From positions 36,376-100,375 of the forward strand of contig JANOAS010000011.1 of the NCBI GenBank assembly GCA_031411255.1: a stretch of DNA of 64,000 nucleotides, in the 5' to 3' direction. The DNA comes from a bacterium (lineage in GTDB: Bacteria > Verrucomicrobiota > Verrucomicrobiia > Verrucomicrobiales > V1-33). Position 1 is the first letter of the stretch; each line of letters starts with the position of its first letter. The notes beneath the pieces were generated by a model, which was not told where the DNA came from, made no database searches, and saw nothing but the letters and a program-made list of their open reading frames with translations. Shown in pieces: positions 9,011-20,381 of this stretch. Position numbers and translations under genes: made by a program.

Positions 9011-11953
9011 ATGCTTTTCCTCAACATAGCCCTCACCGCCGGTCTGGCCGCGGTCAGCATTCCGATCATCCTGCACCTGCTGAACCGCCGGTCCAGCAAG
9101 ATCATCGAGTGGGGGGCCATGCGCTTTTTGCTCGACTCTGTGGAATCCAGGAAGCGCCGCATCCAGCTGGAGGAGGCGCTGCTCATGGCCGCGCGCTGCC
9201 TGCTCCTGGCCCTGCTGGCCCTGGCGGTGGCCAGGCCGTTCATCCCGCCGGGGTCAAATGTCCCGTGGGTCGTGGTGCTGCCCTGCTTTCTCCTGGGCGT
9301 GGCCACGCTGGCCGTGGCGGTGGTCATGTGGCACGAGAAGCACCTGCGCAAGTGGCTCTTCGGCGCGACGGCCCTTCTGCTGGGCATCGCGGCGGCTTCC
9401 GTGGCGATGGAGAAATACCTGAATCTGAAACGCTTTGGCACGGCAGGCCGGCGGGACATCGCCATCATCATCGACGGCTCCGCCAGCATGGCGCTCAAGC
9501 AGGGAACGGGCGGCACCACAAACTTCGACCTCGCCCTGAAGGAGGCGGAAAAAATCATCGCCGATGCAGGCAGCGGCACCGCTTTCAGCCTGATCCTGGG
9601 CGCCCCCGTGCCCCAGGCGAAAATCCCGAGCCCCGTGGTGAACCGGGCGGACTTGCGCGAGGCGCTGAATTCCCTGCGGCCGGTGAACGGGCGCATGGCT
9701 TCGTTTGACTGCCTCTCGCTCGCCGCGCAGTCCCTCCTCCAGGGCTCGAATCCTGGCAAGCAGATCATCGTGCTCACCGATGCGCAGGACGTCGGCTGGG
9801 ACCTCGACCGGACCGCCCGCTGGGAGGCGCTGAAGCAGGGGTTCGACACCAATTTTAAATCGAAGCCCGAACTCATCATCCGCCAGTTTTCCCTGCCCAC
9901 CTCGGTGCGGAATGCCGGGATCGCCGGGGTGAAATACTCGCGCAACGTCATCGGGACGGACCGTCCGGTCACCATCGAGGTAACGGTGCAAAACACTGGC
10001 AACGAAGGCGTCACGCCGAGCGCCGTCGAGCTGAAGATCGATGACGAGACGCTGACCGACTCCTCCATTTCCCAGCTCCTGCCCGGCTCCTCGGAGACGG
10101 TACGCTTCCTCCACCAGTTTAAAAAACCCGGAGCCCACGTGCTGACGGCGAAGCTGGCCGTGGAGGACGACCTGGCTGCGGACAACAGCTGGGACACCAT
10201 CGCCGAGGTGACGAACAAGCTGAAGGTCCTCATCATAGACGGCAACCCGTCCGTGCCCTTCATGCAGCGGGCCGGGTCGTTCACGGCGCTGGCCCTGGCC
10301 CCCGGGAGCCTGGCGCGCTCCGTGGTGAAGGTGGACGATCAAAAGGGCGGCTTCGCCCGCGACATGGTGGACCCGGAGGTCATGCCCGTCACCCGGCTCC
10401 AGACGCTCGACAGCTTTGGCCCTTACGACGTGGTCGTTCTCTGCGATGTGGCGCGGCTGGCTCCGTCGAATGCGCGCATGCTGGCCGGATTCGTCGAGGC
10501 GGGCGGCGGCCTGCTCATCGCCCCGGGGCGGCAGGCGGCTGCGGATTTCTACAACGACTGGCGCGCCGGTGATGGCCACGCCGTGCTCCCAGTCCGCCTG
10601 CTGAAGCAGACCCTCCTGCCGGAAACTGCGGACCCGGTGAAGGCCAGCCTGACCACCTTTTCCCACGAGGCGCTGCGGCTCGTCGCGGACGCGAAACAGA
10701 GCGACCTCTCCGGGCTCATCTTCACCCGTTTCTGGAAACTGGCCGACACCGTGGCCGGCGATCCCGGTGTCTATGTCGGCGGCCGACTCACCAGCGGAGA
10801 TCCCTTCCTCGCCTCGCGGAAACTCGGCCAGGGCACCGTCCTCCTCTCCGCCGCCTCGCTGGATGGCGACGGGTCAAACCTCGTCACCCGGCAGGCCTTC
10901 CTGCCGCTCGTGCACGAGATCATCTACCACCTCGCCGCGCCCGGCGGCCAGCGGCTGAACCAGGAGCCCGCCTACGTGCTCAACGTCCCGCTTTCCCGCG
11001 CCCGCCTCGCCAGCGGACTGAAGGGCGAGTACTTCCCCTCGGACAAGATCACCAGCCCCATCCTCGTCCGGAACGACCCCCGCATCGAATTCAACTGGAA
11101 CGACCAGCCCGCCGCCCCGGGCGGACCGGCGGACAATTTCTGCGTGCGCTGGACCGGCTCCCTCGTCCCGAAATACACGGAGGAGTACACCTTCCAGGCC
11201 GAGGCGGACGACGGCTTGGAGCTGTGGATCGGAGATGAGCAAATCCTCGGCCCGAAGCGCCGCCGGGACCGCATCGACCTCGTCGGCGGCCAGCCCGTGC
11301 CGGTGCGCGCCGTTTATCACGAAGGGGGTGGCAATGCCTCCGTCAAGCTCTACTGGCAGAGCCAGAGCCAGCGCCGCCAGATCATTCCGGGCGACTGTCT
11401 GCTGCCCTTTGCGCCTGGTTCAGAGGAGGGGTTTGAAAACGCAGGCGGCACCTTCGACGCCATCGGCCCGGACCAGCAGGCGCGCAGTGTGGACCTCGTC
11501 TACACCCGCACAGGCACCCTCGCCCGCCTCACGGACACCGTCGTGCCCGGCCTCTACCAGATCACCCTGCCGGAGGCGCGGCGCGCGGAGTTTGCCGGGC
11601 TGCTCACGCCCGCCGGCACCCTGCCCTTCACCGTCATTCCAGATGCCTCGGAGGGCCGTCTCAAGCCGCTGGCCGATGACGCCTTTGCCCTCATCAACAA
11701 ATACCTGCCCACCTCGCGCCCCCGCAGCGTGGAGGATGTGCTCGCCATCCTCCAAGGCCGCCAGTTTGGTGAGGAACTCTGGAAATACCTGGCCGTCGGC
11801 GCCCTTTTCCTCCTCTTGGCCGAGATCGCCCTCAGCCGCTGGATTGCCCTCCAGCGGCAGTCCTCCGGCGGTGCCGCCCTCGACTTCGAGTCCCGCTACC
11901 AGCCCGATCAGAAATTCCAGGCCGCCGTCGACCGCCTGAGCCGGGTGGGGTGA
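9011..11953 (+). CDS. BatA-like N-terminal double-TM protein with vWA and PA14 domains
   Basis: 980 aa. N-terminal double-TM aerotolerance-type anchor (TIGR02226-like), a vWA segment (IIDGSASM), a PA14 domain (FCVRWTGSL...YTFQAEADDGLELWIGDEQIL...LYWQSQ) and a C-terminal TM helix. Confidence 0.8.
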   Translation: MLFLNIALTAGLAAVSIPIILHLLNRRSSKIIEWGAMRFLLDSVESRKRRIQLEEALLMAARCLLLALLALAVARPFIPPGSNVPWVVVLPCFLLGVATLAVAVVMWHEKHLRKWLFGATALLLGIAAASVAMEKYLNLKRFGTAGRRDIAIIIDGSASMALKQGTGGTTNFDLALKEAEKIIADAGSGTAFSLILGAPVPQAKIPSPVVNRADLREALNSLRPVNGRMASFDCLSLAAQSLLQGSNPGKQIIVLTDAQDVGWDLDRTARWEALKQGFDTNFKSKPELIIRQFSLPTSVRNAGIAGVKYSRNVIGTDRPVTIEVTVQNTGNEGVTPSAVELKIDDETLTDSSISQLLPGSSETVRFLHQFKKPGAHVLTAKLAVEDDLAADNSWDTIAEVTNKLKVLIIDGNPSVPFMQRAGSFTALALAPGSLARSVVKVDDQKGGFARDMVDPEVMPVTRLQTLDSFGPYDVVVLCDVARLAPSNARMLAGFVEAGGGLLIAPGRQAAADFYNDWRAGDGHAVLPVRLLKQTLLPETADPVKASLTTFSHEALRLVADAKQSDLSGLIFTRFWKLADTVAGDPGVYVGGRLTSGDPFLASRKLGQGTVLLSAASLDGDGSNLVTRQAFLPLVHEIIYHLAAPGGQRLNQEPAYVLNVPLSRARLASGLKGEYFPSDKITSPILVRNDPRIEFNWNDQPAAPGGPADNFCVRWTGSLVPKYTEEYTFQAEADDGLELWIGDEQILGPKRRRDRIDLVGGQPVPVRAVYHEGGGNASVKLYWQSQSQRRQIIPGDCLLPFAPGSEEGFENAGGTFDAIGPDQQARSVDLVYTRTGTLARLTDTVVPGLYQITLPEARRAEFAGLLTPAGTLPFTVIPDASEGRLKPLADDAFALINKYLPTSRPRSVEDVLAILQGRQFGEELWKYLAVGALFLLLAEIALSRWIALQRQSSGGAALDFESRYQPDQKFQAAVDRLSRVG

Positions 11954-12020
11954 AAACTACTGACCGGCAGCCGGCATCCTCCGGCCCCAGGGAGGGCGGC
12001 CAAAGCCCCCGCGATGGAAT

Positions 12021-12054
12021 TTGCCCCCGCCTCCGGGCTCGGTAGGGTCGCCGG
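12021..12054 (+). repeat. 34-nt element ttgcccccgcNtccgggctcggtagggtcgccgg, copy A, 44 nt upstream of the ATG at 12098
   Basis: Identical except 1 nt to copy B at 12831-12864. Seen directly in the sequence. Confidence 0.8.
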
Positions 12055-12097
12055 AGTGAGGCGATGGCAGCCAAAACGCCGATCATTCCGAAACGGC

Positions 12098-12802
12098 ATG
12101 AAACAACACCACGCTCTGATCTGGATTGTGCTGCTGGGGATGGCAGCTCTCGCCTTCATTGGGGACTGGGGCCTCCGCGCCGAGAAGGCCAGGCGCGTCA
12201 TCGCGCGGGAGACAGGCAAGGATGATCTGGAATGCCTTTGGCGGGTCGATGGCCGGGACGACGTGAAGGAGACTCCGTCCTGGTGGAAGATTGTGCGCGG
12301 GGCCAGGCCCAGATTCATCCGCGTCGACTGGCCTGCGTTCCAGAGCGACCCCCGGGCTGCGGTGGAATTTGCGCAGGCAATTCGCCTCTTTGGCAGCCTT
12401 GAAAAATTCGTAGCTGACACCCGCTCCCCAGAGGTCATGACCCTGCTTCGCGAGTTCGGGCATCAGCCCTCGCTTCTTTACATGAATATCTTCAATGCTT
12501 CGGTGACCGAGGAGTTCTCTCAAATTCTTGGGAACTTTCCGCACTTGCGGGGGCTGTCCGTTGTGCCCGGACTTTTCACCGGGGAGGGATTTGCTCACAT
12601 GCCGGACCTGGAGGACGCGGATTTTCGCTACGGTGCGATCACGGCTCAAGGATTGCGGGACATCGTGGCCGCTTCACCCAAATTAACCGGGATTGCCCTC
12701 TCAGATCAGTCCAGCCCGGCTCCGGAGCTGGCCGCTGCCATCAAAGAACTTCGCGCCAGCCACCCGGGATTGGATATTAGTTGGAATCCTCCGGAAGAAT
12801 GA
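12098..12802 (+). CDS. hypothetical membrane-anchored protein
   Basis: ATG followed by a TM helix (ALIWIVLLGMAALAFIG). No known domain. The upstream in-frame extension to 12014 overlaps the repeat element and is probably non-coding. Confidence 0.5.
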   Translation: MKQHHALIWIVLLGMAALAFIGDWGLRAEKARRVIARETGKDDLECLWRVDGRDDVKETPSWWKIVRGARPRFIRVDWPAFQSDPRAAVEFAQAIRLFGSLEKFVADTRSPEVMTLLREFGHQPSLLYMNIFNASVTEEFSQILGNFPHLRGLSVVPGLFTGEGFAHMPDLEDADFRYGAITAQGLRDIVAASPKLTGIALSDQSSPAPELAAAIKELRASHPGLDISWNPPEE

Positions 12803-12830
12803 CCTGTCCGCACGCAAAGCGCAGGTGGGC

Positions 12831-12864
12831 TTGCCCCCGCGTCCGGGCTCGGTAGGGTCGCCGG
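12831..12864 (+). repeat. 34-nt element, copy B, immediately abutting the ATG of the MFS gene at 12865
   Basis: 33/34 identity with copy A. Confidence 0.8.
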
Positions 12865-14148
12865 ATGCCAGCCCCAGACGAGGCCCAGCCCGAGCCCCAG
12901 CCGCAGTTGCCTCCCCAGCCGAGCCCGCGCACGCCGCGCTGGCAGCTGGGGTTTCTCTTTTTCTGGCAGGGGGCGGTGCCGGCGCTGTGGATGCTGGCCA
13001 TCGGGAACATCCTGCGGGAAAAACACCTCTCGCACTGGCTGATGTGGGCGAATGCGGCGCCGCCGCTGGCCTCGCTGATCTCGCCGATGTTCACCGGGGT
13101 GCTGGCGGACCGGGGGATGGCGCCGAACCGGTTGCTGGGCGGCCTTTTTGCCGGGGCGGGGGTGCTGCTGTGGGCGGGGTTTTACCTGCTGGGGCATGGC
13201 GGGGGCGGGGGAATGATCGCGGGTTTTCTCATCGCGCAGGCGCTGTTTTTCCAGCCGACGTGGTCGCTGATGGCGAGTGTGATCCTCGGGCAGCTGGACA
13301 ATGCGCCGAGGGAATACCCGCTGATCCGCCTCTGGGCCACGCTGGGCTGGATGCTGGGGGGCTGCGCGGTGAGCTTCGGCCTGCACGCGGACTCCTCGCC
13401 GCTGGCGGGCATGGCGGCGGGGGCGACGGCGCTCTGCCTGGCCCTGCCGACTTACCTCTGGCTGCCGCACACGGGCCATGTGGCGGCGGTGACGGGGCCG
13501 CGCACGTGGTCCCACTGGCTGGGGCGCGAGGCGTGGGGGCTGCTGCGGGACCGGGACCACCGGATGGTTTTTGTCCTCTCGTTTCTGTTCTCGGCGCCGA
13601 TGATCGCCTTTTACCCCTACACGCAGCAGCTGCTGACGGCGCTGGGGGATGTGCAGCCGGCGGCGTCGCTGAGTGCGGCGCAGATCACGGAGGTGGTGAT
13701 GATGTTTCTCATGCCGCGGCTGCTGGTCTCGGTCCGGCTGAAATGGATGGTGCTGATCGGGCTCGGGTGCGGGGCGTTGCGTTACGGGCTCTTCGCGCTG
13801 GGGGCGCAGACGGGGTCGCGGACGCTGGTGATGGCGGGCATCATGCTGCACGGGGTGCTGTTCGCGTCGTTTTACATTTCCACGCAGATCTACCTGGAGC
13901 AGCGGGTGCCGCGCGGGGTGCGGGCGCAGGCGCAGGCCTTTCAGACGTTCCTGACGGCGGGTGCGGGCGCGCTGGCCGGGGTGGGCCTGTGCTGGCTGTG
14001 GGAGCGGCTGTCCACGGCGGGGGCGGGCGGGCTGGACTGGGTGAAATTCTGGTCCGGTCTGGCGCTGGTGCCGGCCCTGCTGATGGGGTGGGTCTGCCTG
14101 GGGTGGAAGGGGCGCGGTCCCGCCCAGGGCTCGGGGGAGAATGCCTGA
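12865..14148 (+). CDS. MFS transporter, nucleoside:H+ symporter-like
   Basis: 427 aa with 12 predicted TM helices and NHS/MFS-like topology. Pro-rich N-terminal tail. Confidence 0.7.
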   Translation: MPAPDEAQPEPQPQLPPQPSPRTPRWQLGFLFFWQGAVPALWMLAIGNILREKHLSHWLMWANAAPPLASLISPMFTGVLADRGMAPNRLLGGLFAGAGVLLWAGFYLLGHGGGGGMIAGFLIAQALFFQPTWSLMASVILGQLDNAPREYPLIRLWATLGWMLGGCAVSFGLHADSSPLAGMAAGATALCLALPTYLWLPHTGHVAAVTGPRTWSHWLGREAWGLLRDRDHRMVFVLSFLFSAPMIAFYPYTQQLLTALGDVQPAASLSAAQITEVVMMFLMPRLLVSVRLKWMVLIGLGCGALRYGLFALGAQTGSRTLVMAGIMLHGVLFASFYISTQIYLEQRVPRGVRAQAQAFQTFLTAGAGALAGVGLCWLWERLSTAGAGGLDWVKFWSGLALVPALLMGWVCLGWKGRGPAQGSGENA

Positions 14149-14225
14149 GGCAGGGCGGATTTTTTTGCTACTTTAGGGTACGCCCGGAGCCGCTCCCGGA
14201 CGATGAGTGTGAAAGGCCCTGCGAG

Positions 14226-15344
14226 ATGACGACCGAATTTCCATGCCCGTGGTGCGAACGCCGCTTCCAGCTGACGCCGGAGGTGGCCGGCCGCCGCGTG
14301 AGCTGCACGGACTGCGGGCACCACTTCGACGCGCCGGTGCTCGACTGGCCGGTGGAGCCGCCGCGCCGCTGGTACCTGCGCCTGGTTTCGGGCCGCCTCT
14401 TTGGCCCGGTGGACCGGGAAACGGTGGAGCAGTGGATCCGCGAGGAGCGCGCCGGGCCGGGCTGTCTGGTCGCGCACGAGGGCGCGGGGTCGTGGATGCC
14501 GCTGGAGAGGGAATTCGCCGCCCTGTGCGAGGCGCTCGGCCACGCGCACGACGGTGACGCCTGCGCCCCGGGCCCCACCGCGCTGGACGACCTGCCGGAC
14601 CACGGCTGGCTGGACCGTCTGGTGGACGAGCGGGCACTGCTGCCGTCCGAGGAGCGCCGCCGCCACGCCTCTCTGGAGGCCCGGCTGGTGAAGGAATGCC
14701 AGCGCTCCGCCTTTGGCCTCGCCTGGGGCGGGGCGAAGTCCATCCGCCTCCGCACCCGGCCGGAATACGACGCCCCCACCCGCGGCCTCATCCGGCTGGA
14801 GGCGAGGTCCGCCCTGGTGGCCAGCCTGCGGTGGATGGAGCAGGACTTCGGCATCGTCGTGCCCTGGTCCCCCCTGGGGGTGATGGCGCACGAGTTTTTC
14901 TCCATCCTGCCCGGCGCCCTGCCGGACGCGCTCGCGCTGCGGCGGCTGGAGGCGGATAAATTCGGAGGCGGTCTCTGGCTGGGGCCCACCGGCACTGCGG
15001 TGGACCCGCTGGCCACCGCCGCGCGTGCCGCCCAGGACAGCCTGGCGAACGGCCTGAACTGGCGCTGGATCACAGCGGACGGAAACTATGAAATGACCCT
15101 CGTCTGGGGCCTCCAGGCGGTGCCGCTCGGCCCCCGGCGGCATCTGCACATCCTCCAGACCTCCCCGCTCGGCACTCTGCGCCGCAGTTTCGGCCTGGAC
15201 TGGTACCTCCAGCGCCAGCAGGCCTTCACCGCCTTCCGGGACGGCCTCAGCCTCCCTGGCGCCCACGGCCCCCATTTTCTCTTTTCCTGCTCCACCGGCC
15301 GTGTCATCGACCAGGTGCTCTCCGGCGGCGGCGGCCTGGCCTGA
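14226..15344 (+). CDS. zinc-ribbon plus GYF-like (DUF4339-type) domain protein
   Basis: N-terminal CPWC...CTDCGHHF zinc ribbon followed by WYLRLVSGRLFGPVDRETVEQWIRE, a DUF4339/GYF-like module common in PVC bacteria. The 5' extension of the ORF track (12693..) is an antisense/GC artefact. Confidence 0.55.
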   Translation: MTTEFPCPWCERRFQLTPEVAGRRVSCTDCGHHFDAPVLDWPVEPPRRWYLRLVSGRLFGPVDRETVEQWIREERAGPGCLVAHEGAGSWMPLEREFAALCEALGHAHDGDACAPGPTALDDLPDHGWLDRLVDERALLPSEERRRHASLEARLVKECQRSAFGLAWGGAKSIRLRTRPEYDAPTRGLIRLEARSALVASLRWMEQDFGIVVPWSPLGVMAHEFFSILPGALPDALALRRLEADKFGGGLWLGPTGTAVDPLATAARAAQDSLANGLNWRWITADGNYEMTLVWGLQAVPLGPRRHLHILQTSPLGTLRRSFGLDWYLQRQQAFTAFRDGLSLPGAHGPHFLFSCSTGRVIDQVLSGGGGLA

Positions 15345-15417
15345 GGTGAAATGCGCATTGGCCGCGCGGGGGAATCTCGCTACAGGTGGCGGTCTCATTT
15401 TTTCCCGCATGTCGCGC

Positions 15418-17472
15418 ACCTACACCCTCCACTCCACCCCCGCCGCCGATGCGCCGGACATCGACTTCAAGGCCAGCCTGAACGCTGCGCAGTACGAGGC
15501 CGTGTCCTCGCCTCCCGGGCAGGCGCTCGTCATCGCCGGGGCGGGCTCGGGAAAAACGCGCACCCTCACCTACCGCGTGGCCTGGCTGCTCCAGAACGGC
15601 ATCGCTGCGGAGAACATCCTCCTCCTCACCTTTACCAACAAGGCGGCGCGGGAAATGATGGAGCGCGTGAACGCCCTCGTTCCCGGCCAGGCCGGCGGGC
15701 TCTGGAGCGGGACCTTCCACTCCATTGGCAACCGCATCCTCCGCCGCCACGCAGACTCCATCGGCTTCACGAAGCAGTTCTCCATCCTCGACTCCGACGA
15801 CCAGAAATCTATGATGACGAAAGTCATCGACGAGTCCGGCGAGGCCAAGCTGGCGGGCGGTTCCGCCAAGGGGCGGGGAAAAAAGAAGGAGGATGGATTT
15901 CCGAAAGCGCAGGTCATCAGCGGCATGATCAGCCTGGCCACGAACACCTGTGAATCCCTCGCCACCGTCATCGAGCAGCGCTACCCGTATTTCGAGGAGT
16001 ACTCCGCCGGGCTGAAAAAAGTGGCCGCGCTCTACCAGTCGAAGAAGCAGAAGGCGAACAGCATGGACTTTGACGACCTGCTGGCCCTCACCGTGGAGCT
16101 GCTCTCGGACAACGACGCCGTGCGCAAGCACTACCAGCGGCAGTTCCAGTTCATCCTCGTGGACGAGTACCAGGACACGAACGCCCTCCAGAGCGAAATG
16201 ATCGACCTCCTGGCCGGGGAGCATGGGAACATCATGGTCGTCGGCGACGACGCGCAGTCCATCTACTCGTGGCGCGGGGCGGATTTCGAAAACATCCTCC
16301 GCTTTCTGGAGAAGTACCCGAAGGGGAAAAAGTACGTCATCGAGACGAACTACCGCAGCGTGCCCGAGGTGCTGGAGCTGGCCAACGAGGCCATCGCGAA
16401 CAACGTGCGGCAATTCAAAAAGAACCTCGTCGCCGCCCGGCCCTCGCAGCAGATGAAGCCCGCGCTCATCGAGGTGAACACGCCCTCCCAGCAGGCGCAG
16501 TTCGTCAGCCAGCGGATGCGGGAGCTGCACGAGCAGGAGGGGATCGAGTATTCCCAGATGGCCGTGCTTTACCGCGCCCATTTCCAGAGCATGGAGGTGC
16601 AGATGCAGCTCACGCAGGACCGCGTGCCGTTCGTCATCACCAGCGGGCTCCGGTTTTTCGAGCAGCAGCATGTGAAGGACGTCTGCGCCTTCCTGAAATG
16701 GGCCGCCAACCCGCTGGACGAGGTCTCCTTTGACCGCCTCATCCGCCTCCTGCCCGGCGTGGGGCCCGGCGCAGCGGCCAAGATCTGGCTGGAGTGGATC
16801 GCCACCCCGGCCTCCCGCCTGGAGCAGCCGCCCGCCTCGTATTCCATGATCCTCGGCGCGTTTAAAAAAGTGCCCACGCGCGCCGCCGGAGCCTGGGAGC
16901 AGGTCGGGCACATCTTTGACGAGTTTCTCGACGGCACCGGCGCCTTTCACCCGCCCGCCGCCCTGCTCACCAGCATCATCGAGGGCATCTACGACGACTA
17001 CGCCCGCTCCGAGTTCGACAACTACGACTCCCGCAAGCAGGACCTCGACCAGCTGCGGAATTTCTCCGAGCGCTTCACCGACCTGAACGAAATGCTCGCC
17101 GACCTGGCCCTCCTGACCAACGCCGACGACTCCAGCCCGAAGGACCGCAAGCCCAAGCCCGGCGAGGACGCCGCCGTCCTCACCAGCATCCACCAGGCCA
17201 AGGGGCTGGAGTGGAAAGTCGTCTTCATCATCTGGCTCGCCCAGGGCATGTTCCCGAACAAGCGCGTCATCGACGAGGGCGGCCCCGAGGCCCTGGAGGA
17301 GGAGCGCCGCCTCTTCTACGTCGCCGTCACCCGCGCCATGGACCAGCTCCACCTCCTCTGGCCCCGCTTCTGGCCCAAGGCCTACTCCGGCGACACCTTC
17401 CAGGAGCCCTCCCAGTTCCTCGGCGAATTCGACCCGGAGCGGGTGGAGGAGTGGAATATTGGCGGGTTTTGA
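15418..17472 (+). CDS. uvrD: ATP-dependent DNA helicase UvrD/PcrA
   Basis: Walker A GAGSGKT, UvrD helicase motifs (TFTNKAAREM, VDEYQDTN, YRS) and a C-terminal UvrD_C domain. Confidence 0.9.
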   Translation, partial: TYTLHSTPAADAPDIDFKASLNAAQYEAVSSPPGQALVIAGAGSGKTRTLTYRVAWLLQNGIAAENILLLTFTNKAAREMMERVNALVPGQAGGLWSGTFHSIGNRILRRHADSIGFTKQFSILDSDDQKSMMTKVIDESGEAKLAGGSAKGRGKKKEDGFPKAQVISGMISLATNTCESLATVIEQRYPYFEEYSAGLKKVAALYQSKKQKANSMDFDDLLALTVELLSDNDAVRKHYQRQFQFILVDEYQDTNALQSEMIDLLAGEHGNIMVVGDDAQSIYSWRGADFENILRFLEKYPKGKKYVIETNYRSVPEVLELANEAIANNVRQFKKNLVAARPSQQMKPALIEVNTPSQQAQFVSQRMRELHEQEGIEYSQMAVLYRAHFQSMEVQMQLTQDRVPFVITSGLRFFEQQHVKDVCAFLKWAANPLDEVSFDRLIRLLPGVGPGAAAKIWLEWIATPASRLEQPPASYSMILGAFKKVPTRAAGAWEQVGHIFDEFLDGTGAFHPPAALLTSIIEGIYDDYARSEFDNYDSRKQDLDQLRNFSERFTDLNEMLADLALLTNADDSSPKDRKPKPGEDAAVLTSIHQAKGLEWKVVFIIWLAQGMFPNKRVIDEGGPEALEEERRLFYVAVTRAMDQLHLLWPRFWPKAYSGDTFQEPSQFLGEFDPERVEEWNIGGF

Positions 17473-17573
17473 TTTCGAGGCGGTAAAGGCCCTGACTGGC
17501 CGAAAATCCCTCCCGTTCCCTCTCCGGCGGTTGCATGGGGGCTCAAATCGGGCAAAGTGCCCCCCTTTCCCCG

Positions 17574-18311
17574 ATGTCCGAGACGCCCGCCACCGAGCCG
17601 CCAGCCGCCAATCGTCCACCCCGCCACGTCGCCGTCATCATGGACGGGAACGGGCGGTGGGCGAAGGAGCGCGGCCTGCCCCGCACGGAGGGGCACCGGG
17701 CCGGGGCGGACTCCGTGGAGCGTTGTGTGGACTCGTGCCACGAGGCCGGGGTCGAGTTCCTCACCCTGTACGCCTTTTCCTCTGAAAACTGGAAACGCCC
17801 CGCAGCCGAGGTGGCTGCCCTGATGGCGCTGCTGGAGCTTTTTCTGAGGGAAAAGACCCCGTACATGCTGCGGAAGAACGTGCGCCTCCAGGCCATCGGC
17901 CGCCTGTCGGACCTGCCCCAGCGCTGCCAGGACGAGCTGAACCGCTCCATCGCCGCCACGGCGGGGAACACCGGCATCACGCTCATCCTCGCCCTCAGCT
18001 ATGGCGGGCGGGAGGAAATCATTGACGGCGTCCAGAGCATTGTGCGCGACGTACAGTCGGGAAAGCTCGACCCCGCCGGCATCACCGCCTCCGTTTTCAG
18101 CAGCCACCTTTACACCCGGCCGTTTCCGGATCCCGACCTCCTCATCCGCACCTCCGGGGAGATGCGCGTCTCGAATTTCCTCCTCTGGCAGATCAGCTAC
18201 GCGGAAATCTGGGTGACGAAGAAGCTCTGGCCCGACTTTAACAAGGCGGACCTCGACGAGGCCATCGCCGACTATCAGCGCCGCCACCGGAGATTCGGCG
18301 GGCTCACCTGA
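17574..18311 (+). CDS. uppS: isoprenyl transferase (undecaprenyl-diphosphate synthase)
   Basis: HVAVIMDGNGRWA and FSSENWKRP motifs characteristic of cis-prenyltransferases. Confidence 0.9.
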   Translation: MSETPATEPPAANRPPRHVAVIMDGNGRWAKERGLPRTEGHRAGADSVERCVDSCHEAGVEFLTLYAFSSENWKRPAAEVAALMALLELFLREKTPYMLRKNVRLQAIGRLSDLPQRCQDELNRSIAATAGNTGITLILALSYGGREEIIDGVQSIVRDVQSGKLDPAGITASVFSSHLYTRPFPDPDLLIRTSGEMRVSNFLLWQISYAEIWVTKKLWPDFNKADLDEAIADYQRRHRRFGGLT

Positions 18312-18332
18312 GCCGCCTCCCGCCCCAGCCCC

Positions 18333-19763
<1,431 letters not shown>

Positions 19764-19784
19764 GTTCGCAGAACTCGCAGGCTC

Positions 19785-20112
19785 ATGGCAACCAAGGACA
19801 GTCGGTATGATGCGGTGGTGATCGGCGCGGGCCCGAACGGCCTGGCGGCGGCCATCACGCTGGCTCGGATGGGGCTCGGGGTGCTCGTCGTGGAGGCGCG
19901 GGAGACGGTGGGTGGTGGCACGCGCTCGGCGGAGTTGACCCTGCCGGGGTTTGTCCACGACGTCTGCTCGGCCATCCACCCGCTGGCGTCGTCATCGCCG
20001 TTTTTCCGGATGCTGCCGCTGGAGGGCTTTGGGCTGGAGTGGATCCACCCGGAGGTGCCGCTGGCGCATCCGCTGGAGGATGGACGCGGGGCGGCACTGC
20101 ATCGCAGTGTGC
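19785..20112 (+). repeat. left 328-bp imperfect direct repeat flanking the island
   Basis: Aligns with 23536-23863. About 17 mismatches over 316 aligned nt (about 95%), mostly synonymous third-position changes. Confidence 0.85.
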
Positions 20113-20138
20113 CGATCCTGAGCACTGCGGGCGCCTGA
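19785..20138 (+). pseudogene. truncated 5' fragment (107 conserved aa plus 10 unrelated aa) of a FAD-dependent oxidoreductase, duplicate of 23536-25008
   Basis: [24 protein letters not shown]...AALHR is about 97% identical at protein level to the N-terminus of the intact gene at 23536. Reading frame diverges at 20113 and stops at 20138. Confidence 0.75.
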
Positions 20139-20381
20139 AGCTTCCGTTTCCGCATAACGAGCAGGGAGAAACGCTTTCAACATTCATCTTTCAACGCTCG
20201 GCAGAATTGTTCGCCACAAGCAGGTCCAGACGGCCGATAAAACCGCGTGCGCCGTTCGAAACCGCCGGAGCGGAGAGGCAGGGCGGCCCGTTATGTCAAA
20301 AATGCACACCGCCCTGATTTCAATTGCTATTTCCACCCTACCGCCCCAGCTTTTAACAGCCGACTTGAGCTTCCAATCTTG

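Noticed and set aside
8740-10284. 514-aa minus-strand ORF overlapping the BatA-like gene
   Set aside because: Antisense to a well-supported 980-aa gene with clear domains. Ser/Arg/Ala-rich artefact.
12693-14225. 5' 1.5 kb of the 883-aa ORF 12693-15344, and ORF 12706-13851 (minus)
   Set aside because: Overlap the MFS transporter gene in other frames and strands. Gly/Ala/Arg repeats. Only the 3' part from ATG 14226 looks like a real protein (zinc ribbon + GYF-like).
15304-17619. 771-aa minus-strand ORF opposite uvrD
   Set aside because: Antisense to a canonical UvrD/PcrA helicase. Low-complexity Gly/Val/Ala/Glu-rich translation.
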